From: Alloascoidea hylecoeti
Lineage: Eukaryota
Length of the DNA stretch: 64,000 nt
Direction: 5' to 3'
NCBI GenBank assembly: GCA_001600815.1
Contig: BCKZ01000007.1
Location: 916,059 to 980,058 of the forward strand
The notes beneath the pieces are model-generated. The model did not search any database. It was given only the letters and a program-made list of their open reading frames with translations, and was not told the origin of the DNA. Both the position numbers and the translations under genes were made by a program. Of the stretch, positions 37,152 through 49,329 are shown one piece after another (within the stretch, counting starts at the first letter, position 1; each line of letters begins with the position of its first letter).

Positions 37152-38084
37152 TCAAGATTCTCTAGGATACAAATCATCATAACGAATCTTCAAATTCTTT
37201 AAAACATTTCTCATGTCAATATCGGTTATATCCCGACCCATTAATTCTAATTCAACCCTCAATTTTCTTAATAATTTTTCGGCTTCTCTTCGGCTTTTAA
37301 TTCTCCATTTCTTAACATCTGAATCAGAAATCCCACTATAATATTTAATATGAACAACAGAATATTTTAAGGATTCAATATCATTTTTAAAATCTGCCAT
37401 ATCTTTCCAATCTTCTGAATTATTATATGCATAATTTTGATTTTCAATAATTTCAAGATTTTCATCTTGTTCCGGGATTGATAAATTTGGTTTAGCATAC
37501 TGTTTTAAAGGGGATAATGACAACCGTTTTGTTGAGAATGATCCCATCCCCATTTCATATCTAGTTCTTCTTCGAACAGGTGAGCTGCTTCTCCTCGATA
37601 ATCCAGTATCTCTATCTCTATCTCTTTCTCTATGGACCATATAACTCTTAGATCTTCTGGGAGAAGAGAACCCCCACACATCGTCATCGGCAGGCGGCGA
37701 GGAAGAAAGCGTTGCATAGTTTCCAGAAATCGACGGCGGAGTCAAAGCCGGTATAGGAGTTTCTACCAAAGAGGGGGTACGACGGCCTTGGACAATAGGA
37801 GATGAGAAATTTCGATTCTTGACCGGAATCAAAGGAGTATGCTGTAAAACTGGAGTTGTAGGAGAATTCAAGGGAGACGAAGGCATCATACGACGTCTCT
37901 TGGGAATATCTAAAGTAACATGACCCAGAGGAGGGAGTTTAACTATTTTAGGTGATTTCATAGGAGTAATTGCCTCTATTTGTGAATGATGAGAATTTGA
38001 AGAGTTATCAGTTGACAAAAGTGGTGTTGCAGAGCCACCAAGGGTCTGGCTCTGAGATGGAGTTGAGAGCAAAGTGCGTTCCAT
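37152..38084 (-). CDS. Uncharacterised S/T-P-rich protein with a small folded C-terminal domain
   Basis: 310-codon ORF from ATG 38084 with coding-like GC; no family recognised. Confidence 0.75.
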   Translation of the reverse strand: MERTLLSTPSQSQTLGGSATPLLSTDNSSNSHHSQIEAITPMKSPKIVKLPPLGHVTLDIPKRRRMMPSSPLNSPTTPVLQHTPLIPVKNRNFSSPIVQGRRTPSLVETPIPALTPPSISGNYATLSSSPPADDDVWGFSSPRRSKSYMVHRERDRDRDTGLSRRSSSPVRRRTRYEMGMGSFSTKRLSLSPLKQYAKPNLSIPEQDENLEIIENQNYAYNNSEDWKDMADFKNDIESLKYSVVHIKYYSGISDSDVKKWRIKSRREAEKLLRKLRVELELMGRDITDIDMRNVLKNLKIRYDDLYPRES

Positions 38085-38176
38085 TTCCACGTTTCTATTG
38101 ACTTTCTTGGTGATGAAGAAGGTTTGAAAGATATTTACTGGTTCTCAAAGGTTTTTGTGTTGAATAATATTAAGAT

Positions 38177-38288
38177 ACGCGTCACATTTTTAGAAGGTGG
38201 ATGGGTGTATCCAGCCACAATAAAAAAGTTTAATTGCTTGCCCCTCCGTTGAATTATGAGACATTAGATTTAATGACTATAAACGCGT
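38177..38288. promoter_or_regulatory. Two MCB (ACGCGT) elements upstream of the uncharacterised gene
   Basis: acgcgt at 38177-38182 and 38283-38288, about 95 and 200 bp upstream of the ATG. Confidence 0.55.
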
Positions 38289-38498
38289 TTCTAGATCTCT
38301 GTACCATTTCAAGTTATTTTCTAAATTTTATAATAATAACCTCAACATTATAAAGTTATATAAATTCTACATTTTATTTTATTTTGTTGTGTTCTATTTT
38401 CTATTTTTTCAATATAATTAATACTGTGAATGATTAATATTCGTTTTGTGTTTTATAAAAAAAAAAAAAACCAATACATTTGATTTATGATCATAAGT

Positions 38499-39872
38499 CT
38501 AGTTTTTGCCAACAAATCTTAATTTGAAAACAACATCTCCGTCTTTGCCAGGACTGACGGGAACTTGTTTGATTCCTTTAGGGACATTACCCGAACTCCA
38601 CTCTATGTTTCCGCCATAAACAATAAAACTACCAGAGGTAGTGAATTGTCCTTTGCTAATTTTTTGCCCACAGATCAAAATGCCATCAATGACATCACAG
38701 TAGCCTTTATTAGACTTTAAATTATACCCTCCGAATTGGGCTTCGATGAGTTTAAATGTTGCACAAGAACCTGATGATACCGAATACCATTTTCCATTTG
38801 AAATCAAACAACCATTATGACCTGATATATAAATTGCGCCATGGGGTTCGGTGCCTGTCGGTCCAGGGGCTGGTGGTCCACCTGGATTTGTTGGATGTGG
38901 CGGAGCAAAATCCTTCGGCAAGAATTTAATCCCTTCTCTTGGGCAATTTCCTCTGCCCATTGCATCAATTGGGTGATATTTCCCAAACTGTACAGATCCT
39001 AAAATAGTATAATAATACCAAACTTCCTGTAATGCTTGAAATCTATTACAGGAAAAATGAACCTTTTTACCGAAGAAATGCTTCGATAGCGCAGAATCTA
39101 TTTGATCATACGTATAAGTCTTGGTTTTGGATGGTACGATTCCTTCATCCTTCAAAAACTCAAAGGTTGGCAATTTATAAAAGGCATTAACAGCCGTATG
39201 GAAGAAGTCAACCACCACCGTATCTAAAACATCTGTATATGAGGATGATGCTTCATTCAACTGAACCTTTTCAATAGTTTCTGTTGGCGAAGAGCTCAAG
39301 GTAGGCTTTTCTTGGTAACAACCGGGATCGAAGGTTGACATGCATGTTCCATGTTTATTAAATTCATGTAGCCATAAACTGTGGTCATCACCATTAAAAT
39401 TCTTCCAAATTCTTTCCATTTCAGACAATAGTTTCTGCTCATTCTTTTTCTCCAGTATACCAGTTACATTTTTTATAGCCATTTCTTTATTACAGAATTG
39501 TTGATATGTACCATCACAGTTATCTGACCAAAGACCGTGTAATGTAAATAGGTCACTAGGACCAACTGCGGGATAATAATCCCAAAACTGGGTTTGAAGA
39601 ATAATACCACCCGGATATTCAAAGCAACAAGTATTCTCAATAGATGTTGAGTTACCACAAGAAAGTGGTAAATCATTTGGACAATTGGGGAATTGGAATC
39701 TGATGTCGCCTTCTCCATTAGTTTTCTCGAGGACAGTTTGGGATCCTGATAAAACATCCAGAAGAGCTTCATTTGTATTATCGGTCCTGGAAGGGATCAG
39801 GTCTTGGAAAAAATGAAACAGAGTGGGATGTGCAAAGGCCGTAGAGGCCAAAAAGAGGTTTGAGAGCAGCAT
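38499..39872 (-). CDS. RNY1: Ribonuclease T2 with fungal C-terminal extension
   Basis: Signal peptide; CAS I FTLHGLWSDNCDG; CAS II LWLHEFNKHGTC. Confidence 0.95.
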   Translation of the reverse strand: MLLSNLFLASTAFAHPTLFHFFQDLIPSRTDNTNEALLDVLSGSQTVLEKTNGEGDIRFQFPNCPNDLPLSCGNSTSIENTCCFEYPGGIILQTQFWDYYPAVGPSDLFTLHGLWSDNCDGTYQQFCNKEMAIKNVTGILEKKNEQKLLSEMERIWKNFNGDDHSLWLHEFNKHGTCMSTFDPGCYQEKPTLSSSPTETIEKVQLNEASSSYTDVLDTVVVDFFHTAVNAFYKLPTFEFLKDEGIVPSKTKTYTYDQIDSALSKHFFGKKVHFSCNRFQALQEVWYYYTILGSVQFGKYHPIDAMGRGNCPREGIKFLPKDFAPPHPTNPGGPPAPGPTGTEPHGAIYISGHNGCLISNGKWYSVSSGSCATFKLIEAQFGGYNLKSNKGYCDVIDGILICGQKISKGQFTTSGSFIVYGGNIEWSSGNVPKGIKQVPVSPGKDGDVVFKLRFVGKN

Positions 39873-41023
39873 CGCTAATAGACGAAAATGAAGATATAAT
39901 TTCTTCCTCGGCGATAAGGATACCCATGCTCTGATATCATCACGTGCTTAGCTCGATTATCCGTAATATCAAGGAACATCTTCCGGGTATGATCTATTAA
40001 CAGTCAGGTAAATTTAATATTCCAAATATTAATATTAATGATTATCATTCTGACATGAAAACCTTAGATTTCATCGGTCAAATGGCTATAAAATAATAAA
40101 CTCTTATAAGAACTGATCAATTCGTTTGAAGCTGCCAAAATGAAATTTATACAACGTTAATAATGTAGCACTTCATGGTAGATACTAGATATATTGATAA
40201 GTAAAAAGGATATTTTATAATTACAGGTGACTCCGATAACTCGGTTCTGTGATCTCAATATGCCTTGCTACAATTTAATTCGTATTTTATGATAAGATTA
40301 AGCTTAAATTATCTGTGTCATGTAATTCTATTATGCCAAGGTTAAGGAAATATATAATTTTGTTCCTCTTCAAGTTTAAAGTATAAAAAATAATAATCTT
40401 TTCTATTTGTGCACGTAGGTAATAGGCTCGCAATTGGACCTTCGTGAGAGATTAAATTTAAGGACGCATGCTATAATGACTATTTAAATTAATTACATTA
40501 GTATATAATTACTGATTGTTTTGTAAAAGGATATTGATTTTAAATATGGAGAATATTTTTAGAAAAGTATAGATCTACCACTAATATTTGATGCATCATC
40601 AAATACGCTATCTCTTCTGTTGCTTAGCTAGTCTCGACTTCCCTCAAGCTTTCAAAATGAGGTAAAATTGCTGATTTTTCCGAATAATATAATTGGTGTT
40701 GAAGCGTCTAGAAGCCGATATATTTACTTACAACTATGCATGTAGTAATACACGCATAATATTTGCAATATTTTCTCATACTACAGATAAGGACTAAAAG
40801 GGTTTAATGATATTGATGTCGGTTTCGAATTTTATATTACACTAGAATCAGACCTTTTAGATTGATCAGCCCATAACTTTTCTTCTTGACATATAACATA
40901 CTATAAAATAGAGGGTGATACACCAAGAATTTCTCTTTTATCCTATAATTCGAAGATTAAACTTTTTCCAACAGGATTCTCAGATAAGGACTTATTGAGC
41001 TAACGTTCTACTTTTCATTCAAT

Positions 41024-42448
41024 ATGTCTGATATAAAATTCTCTAATCCAATTCTTCTTTGCTCTGCTGTGGTAGGGGTCGGTGCCTATCTTTATGTATG
41101 TAATTCTCTCCGGTTCAGACGAATGAAAGGGCATGACAAAATCTTCTACAATGAAAAAGACAATACACTCCTTTCAAATCTTTCACGTATGAATATTGAC
41201 CAGGCATGGGAGATTGTTAGGTCAATGGAATCATACGAATTTCCTTTTCTAACTGGAACATCTCTTCAATTTGCTCTATTTCGTACCTATGGGATTCCTT
41301 CCATCAGCTCCCTTTTGAAGCGAACAAACCAACTATCATCACTTAAATTGGCATCAAAGCGTTATGCAGACACAGAGGTGCTGATTTCAACAGTGCTCGA
41401 AAAACCACCCACCTCTGATCAAGCTTTGGGGGCGATATTGCGGATGAACCAGATTCATGGACACTACAAAAGTAAATTATCAAATGAAGATATGCTCTTC
41501 ACCTTGTGTTTATTCTTACTTGAACCACTTAGCTGGATTAGACGATTTGGGTATCGGGAACTTTCAGATGTGGAAATGTGCGCTTAGTAAGTGATCATAT
41601 ATTAGTAACGATGAGAATATTACTAACTTTTTTTTTCTCCCATGAATCATAGTGGAATGTTCTGGTATTTTGTCGGAAAGGCCATGGAGATTTCATTCGA
41701 TCCGCTTGTTCAAGATCAGGAGAGCATCAGGGTTTCAGATGGGCTTGAATTTTTCAAATACATGGAAAGATGGTCAAACAGTTACGAAGAGAAATACATG
41801 GTAAATGCTGAGTCTAACAATATGGTTGCAGAGAGGACAATTGATATTATTTTGAACAGAGTTCCTATTAAATTGCATCCAATTTTTCGTCAATTTGTAG
41901 GCGCTCTGATGGATGATCGACTTCGAAATTCTATTGGATACGAACCGGTTGCGGCATGGGCACATAACACAGTTCGAAATATCCAGCACACATTTCGATT
42001 TGTATATCGATATCTAGTGTTGCCCCGTTTCAAGCCTGCCCCGCTGTTATTGTCAAAAGATAGACATCCAGTTACAGGCCGATTATATAAAACAGAATAT
42101 GTCTCTGAGCCATGGTATGTAATTCCAACAATATGGAATCAATTCTTGAGTGTTCAGGCGATTGTGCGACGAATCAAGGGCCAACCACTTCCAGGACCGG
42201 GATTCCACCCTGAAGGGTATGAGCTTAGAATGGTAGGACCAATGGTAAGCAAAGATAGCACAGATGTGATACAAAAAAAGGTCGAAGAACTTCGGGATCG
42301 CATTTATAGCGATCTACAGTTTCCAATAATGATCACTTCAGCGAGACCAGCTCAATGTCCTTACAAAAGGACAACTACAAATGAAACGAATGTGGGGTCT
42401 AAGTGCATTGAACCAGTTGGTGGTGGAGGTTGTCCGTTTTCTTTTTAA
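41024..42448 (+). CDS. ER-bound oxygenase MpaB/DUF2236-like protein; intron 41587-41652
   Basis: SLQFALFRTYGIPSISSLL, KRYADTEVLI, RMNQIHGHY, SNEDMLFTL; GTAAGT...TACTAAC...TAG joins the two ORFs as EMCAYGMFW. Confidence 0.9.
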
Positions 42449-44953
42449 AGAAGTTAGAAGATTTTAGAAAAATAAAACCTCTAAAAATAATGCAAAATTT
42501 TGGATTTTAGCTGTAATAAGGCTATATTTTATTTTTTATATAGACAGCAATAATGGTATATAGTGATTGTTCACTATTGTAGAATTAAACGTAATTTTAG
42601 CTAGTGTATATGGCATCACAGTGTTACGCTATATCACTATTGTGTAAATGATAGTTAGTAATTACCATTATATAGTCGTTGAATTACAGATCTTGATATA
42701 ATATATTAGTATTAAATATATTCCACTTTCATTATATTACTGTATAAGTTACTGACTGTTAACCACTGACCAGATAATCCGCTGCAAATAGTTTTTCCAC
42801 CCTTTGTTAGTGCAAATTTTATCGATTAATTAGTAAATTCATTTGGCCTAAAGTGTGTTTATTTAAAATTAATTGAAGTTTATTTAAGACACTATATTGA
42901 CAATTCATCAACCCACTCATTTGATTATCAATTTGAATATCAATTTGAATATCAATTGGCCAAGAAACTCGAAATTAATTAGTGAAAAATACGATTTCAT
43001 TTATAAAACTTAATTTAAATATTTCCCACAACATTTTCTAGTCATGTCTCAAAGCAATTGTTATAAGCTTATATGCATAATTAGCGGTTTATGAATTAAG
43101 ATTCAGGAATGATCCGTCTCAAAATTAAATACCATTAATTTGTCAGCTAGGAACGGATATCGATTATTCATCAGTAATTAATAGTTATTATATTGTTGAT
43201 ATTAGCTAATTCAATTAATTAGTTGTAATTAGAAGTTATAAACCAATTATACATGAAATTATTAAGATATCCATATCATCTGAAATAATAATAAGTTTTG
43301 CATCGAAAAGAATCACATTCGGGATTTTAACCGTTAGAAATTCTTACTGGATAACGCGAACTTGAAAACATTGGGTTTCATTATTGTAAGGTTTATGAAG
43401 TACCTCTTATCATCTGATGATTATACCGGTATACAATTGCAAATTATTTCAAGCTCTTATATTACAGTTAAATATATAGCAAATTATTAGCAATTGAATA
43501 ACATGAATATAGATATTTGGATCCAAATTTAAATTTTTATTGCTTTAAAAATTTTAATTGAATGCATCTCTCTACAGCTATACCCAATTAACACATAGTA
43601 CTACTACATAGTAGAATGTCATATAAACCATAAATATTATGGTTAAATTTATATGCATATGCCATATATCTAAACTGTGATCAGATATGGCGGCTTCACG
43701 AATCTTGATAAATATGAAGATCAACTTTAGTTAAGCTTAAGAGACTAAACTGATCTACTAAAAAGATTTAGAAAATGAAAAGCTAAAAAGTTAAATCTTT
43801 TCTTGTTAGATATATTGAGTGATGAAACGTTTAACGGACGCGGCATGTTCATCCTTGAAAAATCCTAGCTTGAAACACCAAACCGTGAACAAATTATAAT
43901 AATGAGCTAATATGAGAACATTGAGAAGATCCATTTGCATTAACTAAGGAAGCTACTGCCATTTTGATAAAGGAAAGGCAACCTCCGAAAAACATGGAGA
44001 TGATTTTAAATCTTGAGATAGTATATTTCAATCCTTCATGAAGATTTTGTAAATTTGTGATCTCAAGGCGGATAAAGATTAGTTTATGTATTAAAACAGT
44101 TGGAAAGTGTTTTCATCTGGAAAGGTGCATTAATATATCATTATTAAAGTTATAAACGGTACTTCACAATTATAAATTTTTGCTGAAAGATAAAATATAG
44201 TAAAGTAGGAGTTTAATTAATTAATAAAATCAGCTTCTAATTGGTGGGTATTGTTAATTATATAGCTATATGTATATTATCCTAGAATTAAAAAAGCTTA
44301 CACATCAAGAACATAATTGCAATCCTTTAGAAATTACTAGGTATTTCTTTGACCCTTACACTTTTAATTTGTTGTTAAATGTAGAAAACATCGATATCGC
44401 TTAATTATAAATTTAATGTGAAAGCTTGAGAAATGTGATAAGCATAAATCTTCTTTTGTTGTGTAATTTTAGCTAATGTATGTGAGAGCGAAGGTCATAA
44501 TTATAATATACCAATATATACGAATTTATTTCTATTCTAAAGTATAATTTGTTCTATTTGTGCGCGTAAAATTGACAGGGAAGCACTTAAGTTTTCAGCT
44601 GAAGCACGAAAATAGATTTTCTTATCTACAGCTATTATAATATCTTAATGATATACATAAATTAATAAAGATGCATATATTATTTCTATGGCTAAACTAT
44701 AAAAAAAATAAATCTAGATCTATAATAAGTAACAATATTAATTAAATTTAAACAAAGTTTTCCAATAATTGATATTTTTCGGACTTTATTTATATGCTTT
44801 TTCAGTTATCCTTCGAGCTCGTTAACTGTACTGTACCTCATTCTCTATATATAAAAGATACTGTTTCCCCTTGATTTTCTATAGTTTTATAATTCTATAA
44901 TAATTATCAATAACATACATCTACAACCATCTAAAATCATCTATTATATCAAT

Positions 44954-45190
44954 ATGAGCAGTCAACAACCAGAAATGCAAGAAATTCCTCAACAAGTTCC
45001 TCCAATGGAAACTCAAACTGGATTCTATGGTGGTGGCTATCAAAATGGTTCCCAAGGAGGCTATGCCCCACAAGCTCAACCAGTTGTTATGCTGCCTGGC
45101 TCGGACTCAGATGTAAGTAGCGACAACGACGACTGTTGTTCTGGTATTTTGGCAAATCTATGTTGCTGTTTTTCTTGTGATAGTTGTTAA
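44954..45190 (+). CDS. CYSTM-type small protein (Q/P/G/Y-rich head, Cys-rich tail)
   Basis: 78 aa ending DDCCSGILANLCCCFSCDSC; TATAAAA near 44850. Confidence 0.8.
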   Translation: MSSQQPEMQEIPQQVPPMETQTGFYGGGYQNGSQGGYAPQAQPVVMLPGSDSDVSSDNDDCCSGILANLCCCFSCDSC

Positions 45191-46501
45191 ATTCATCGAT
45201 CATGAATTATAGGCTTAGCAATTAAGGGCTAGCTATAATATACTAGTATCAGTACTGGTATCTTTTTACGTTTAAAGCTTTCAAAGAATATTAATTCTGA
45301 CATGTACAACATATTCCAATATTTATAAATTCATTGGGTCCTTTAATATTGATGCTATTTAATTAATTGATTGTTTTATAACTGGAATTATAAACTTTCA
45401 ATTGATGTAATTGGTAGCGCTTTATAATTATATTTTAAACAAAATGACTTTATTGGCTAATCTAATATCTGGTTTTAGTAAATATTTTTATTCATTTTTG
45501 TACTTGAAGTTTTGAATTTTTATATTGAATTCAATTGATATTGTTTTACTATATTATTAATGTTATATTTTTAAATTTGTATATACAAGTCATTCTACAA
45601 CCGTAAAATTGGTATATTGTTAAATCTTAAGTAGCTATATGTAGTCTTGTTAGAATTAGACGTAGGAATAAACTTAGATCACATTGTTACTTCCCTGATT
45701 CTAATAATATCAGTATTAATCATAGATTTCTTACGTACATAAAACTTGTTAGTTAACCGTAGAGTCTATTGTATGTTGTAACCTCTAGATTGAGATACAA
45801 TACTATTAGTTCGATTGTACCACCGGTTACTGACAGTATCCGACTCAGTTGGACAATCTTACGATTCTATCTCAACAGCAGAAGATCTAGCTAGACAAAC
45901 GGATCGAAAGTCCTATTTTTCTCCCAAATACAGTTTTCCCACTCTGAATTCCCATTATTGAAGGGAATGTGTCTTCAGATGCCCGGGTGACACATAGTTC
46001 ACTATTTAGTTTGGTTTTTTTTCGTCATAAAATTGAATACGTTTCACCCCAATATTAGTCAAATGCATAAATATTCTTCTATCATTTTGTGGAGTGAATA
46101 GTTCGTTGTATGTGTGACAAAGGGTTCGTAATATTCTCTTTTATTTTGTCATTCGATTCTGCATATGTCTGAGTCTATTCTAACCGTTTTGTGTACAGTT
46201 ATTCCACCCTGAATTCGTTTATAGCCTGATACATATTTCGTTACTCCTCTTCAAACTATTTTGTCATTTGGAATCTACATGTAGACATATTGGAGCATTT
46301 TGTTTCAATTATTCCATCAGTACGTAATCCTAACAAACATTTTTAAATATTCCGGGTGAATGAGAGAATAGGGTTACTCCCCTTTCCTTGAGAAGTGATA
46401 AATTTTATCTAATTAGGGCTTTTGATTAACACGTGATATGAACGAAAAATTTTTGGACTATAAAAGGAGCGCAAACCTTCCAACTTCTCTTTTTTTTCTT
46501 C

Positions 46502-46848
46502 GTCGACGTACTTCAGTAAGTATCCACCCTATACATTTCAAACAATGGGGAAAATAATGGTTTAGACATATCTTTGACTAACAAATTCTATAGTAGGATC
46601 ATTTCTATAGTTTACGTCTCTCTTTGACTCTTCAAAAGAGCCATCGAATCCAACTTGGTTGATGATATATTTCCTTCATGCCCTAGAGTGAGAATTTTTT
46701 TTAGCTTGTCTAATCCTTTGTGGTTATGACATCTGAATTTTTCCTTTTTAGAACTTTGTTCTTTATAAAGGCGCGATGATCTCGGCCCTTTTCATGAGTC
46801 TCTTCGGAGGAGTTGATCTGGGTGGGTGTGAATGGTGGTCTGACAAGT
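46502..46848 (+). ncRNA. SNR17: U3 box C/D snoRNA with spliceosomal intron 46516-46593
   Basis: Exon 1 GTCGACGTACTTCA and exon 2 TAGGATCATTTCTATAG match the yeast U3 5' end; box C' TTGATGA, box B AGAGTGAG, box C CGATGATCT, box D GTCTGAC; terminal stem AACTTG/CAAGTT; TATAAAA at 46459. Confidence 0.96.
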
Positions 46849-47169
46849 TTCCTTCAATGGCTTTTTAAGATGTCTTAAGTGAGATGTTTATGTTAAAGTT
46901 GTGGTGGAATATTTATTTTTTCTATAGACAATAAATTAATTTGTTGAAATTTAAAAAATGTTTTAATTTCGTATCTCTTACGGTGTGTAATATAATGTGT
47001 GGCCGGCTTGCAAGTCGTAACAGCCGTGGTTGGCAGTCCTTGGCACGTAACTTGCCGTATTATCCGTATGTAATGCCATAGGAGATATAATATACGACAT
47101 TTACTCATACATTCTAGAGTACTTGTTGATCAGTAAAGAAACATAACATTAGATCATAATAGCTATAAG

Positions 47170-47556
47170 TCAAACCGCAACACCAATTCCAAAACTTATA
47201 ATGATAAACACTCCACAATAATAAAACCAACTTCCGGGGCGTGTTTCCATAAATGAAGGGCTAGAGCTAGTTTTATTTTTATGAGAACCGGCTGCTGCTG
47301 CTGCCCCTCCCTTTCTGCTTCTGTATCCAGATCTACTTTTCCCATGACCTCCTTTCCTTTCTTCTAAAAAAATAATTGTCATTGTAGTTCCTGAGTACGT
47401 TGCAGAGTATATTGCGGTATAATTGGATGTGGTCTTATCGGTTTTATTCACAATTTCGCTTGAATTAGATATCGATGTAGCAAGACATAATGAGTAGTGA
47501 AAACTCAATATCAATCCTAAGAGGTAGATATATTGCATTGGAGTTGATAATCTCAT
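47170..47556 (-). CDS. Small secreted, probably GPI- or tail-anchored protein
   Basis: Signal peptide, N-glycosylation sequons, basic Gly/Ala-rich segment, SSS then hydrophobic C-terminus. Confidence 0.7.
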   Translation of the reverse strand: MRLSTPMQYIYLLGLILSFHYSLCLATSISNSSEIVNKTDKTTSNYTAIYSATYSGTTMTIIFLEERKGGHGKSRSGYRSRKGGAAAAAGSHKNKTSSSPSFMETRPGSWFYYCGVFIIISFGIGVAV

Positions 47557-47839
47557 ATTATACCTAGATTTTTATTGTTTTCGAGTTTTAAATTTGTTGA
47601 TTAATACTAATTTGGATGGAAATTGGGGAGCTATATATATCAATAATTAATATGATTTATGTTCGTGATTAGAGATTTTAAGCATCATTTTGAGGCATGG
47701 AGGCAGTGGATCGTAAATGTCATGCCGGTCGCATTGAATTATAAATCTTACAACATAACATTTTTAACAGGACAAGAACAATTGCAAGACTTTATTATAT
47801 TCAGATTAATATTAATTAAGATTATATTGTAAAACGAGG

Positions 47840-49281
47840 ATGTGGTTCCAAACAGTTTTGTCTGCTGTTGTTTTATTGTCTCTTTTGACGTTTATCATTT
47901 TATTTGGCGGTCTTCCTGTGTTTCAGTAAGTAATCTATAGCTACGTGTACCATTATTTCCAATCTAAACACAATCAATTAACTTGATAACTAGGGGAACT
48001 TTCATTCACAAAGCAAGAAAACTACTATTACTTCTACCGAATAGGATAAACGAAGGATCTATATCGAATCCCGTAATTAGAGGTGTCGTGACTTTGGTGA
48101 AAGAATATGGACTTTGGGCAATTCCTGTACGTTATAATTACTACTTTCAACATCTCATGATCAAATTAAAAGAGTGATTATTAACTAATAATTATAAAAT
48201 TTGTCGATCAAGTGTATCTATTTATCCGTCGTTGCCTTTTGTCTAAAGCTGTTTAATATCCATTGTCTACCAAAACTTGAAACCCAATGGGGAAAGTATG
48301 TAAACTGCAATACTAATATAATGCTTTATCATCATACTAACTTATTCATTTAGAGACATCTTGATACCTTTTGTATCTATTCTTCCATTTATCTCAACTC
48401 TTTTAACCATCTTTACAGACCCAGGTGTCATTACAAAACAAAACTATCGTTCTGCATTACAATTATATGATTATGATAATATAATATTTTTTGAGGGCAA
48501 TGAATGTTCAACATGTCATATACCAAAACCCGCAAGAAGTAAACATTGTCGTGAAAAAAAAGTTTGTATAGCCGTTTTTGATCATTATTGTATATGGGTT
48601 AATAGTGCTGTTGGTCATTATAATTACAAATGGTTTTATTTATTTGTTTATTCAAATTGTCAAATGTTAATTTATGGATTTTATTTAACAAATAAATTAA
48701 TTAGACAACAAGTTGCTTTTTTAAAATCTAAAATTCCAATTGAAAAATGGGGTTTTTTAAGTCATAAAATTTGGGTAGTAAGTATTCTTCCTAATTACTT
48801 TTATATCGTATATCAATTAACACTTATAATCTTTAAGGAAGCAATATTGACAGATGATGATTATCGAAGTATAGGCGCACTTATGATAATATGTTTTTTA
48901 TTAGGACTTATATCAACTGCATTTCTCCTAGAGCATACGAAGTATTTTTATTTAGGTGTTACAACTAATGAAACAATGAAATGGTCGGATTTAAATACTG
49001 CAATTTATAATGAAGATTTATTTATTTATACAGAATCTGATCCTTTATTAAGAGAAAAAAATGTTAATAATTTCAAAAGTATCGTTATTGAAAAGGTTAT
49101 AGATAATAATAACAGCAATAATACTACTTGGAATAGAGATTTATCACAAGAAGAAAAGAAAGAAATTGAAGAAAGACATTTAATTTTTCAAAAAGTTGAA
49201 TCAACTAATATTTTAAATAATATTTATGATAAAGGTTTTATACAAAATGTTTATGAGAAATTTTTCCCAAAAACTTTCTAA
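47840..49281 (+). CDS. SWF1: DHHC palmitoyltransferase Swf1 (DHYC variant); introns 47926-47993, 48127-48212, 48296-48353 and probably 48778-48837
   Basis: Spliced N-terminus MWFQTVLSAVVLLSLLTFIILFGGLPVFQGTFIHK; CSTCHIPKPARSKHC...FDHYCIWVN; GVTTNETMKW; NIYDKGF. Confidence 0.9.
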
Positions 49282-49329
49282 ACATTTTCATTTAAATTAA
49301 TCTTTTTTATATAGAATTTAAAATAATAA

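Noticed and set aside
43680..44130. Coding-like decayed stretch on the + strand
   Set aside because: Multiple stops and no recognisable motif
45640..46330. Coding-like decayed stretch on the minus strand, upstream of U3
   Set aside because: No frame stays open and no family is recognisable
47012..47022. AAGTCGTAACA matches the SSU rRNA 3' conserved motif (possible U13/snR45-like guide on the minus strand)
   Set aside because: Only 11 nt; no box C/D around it and no further rRNA similarity
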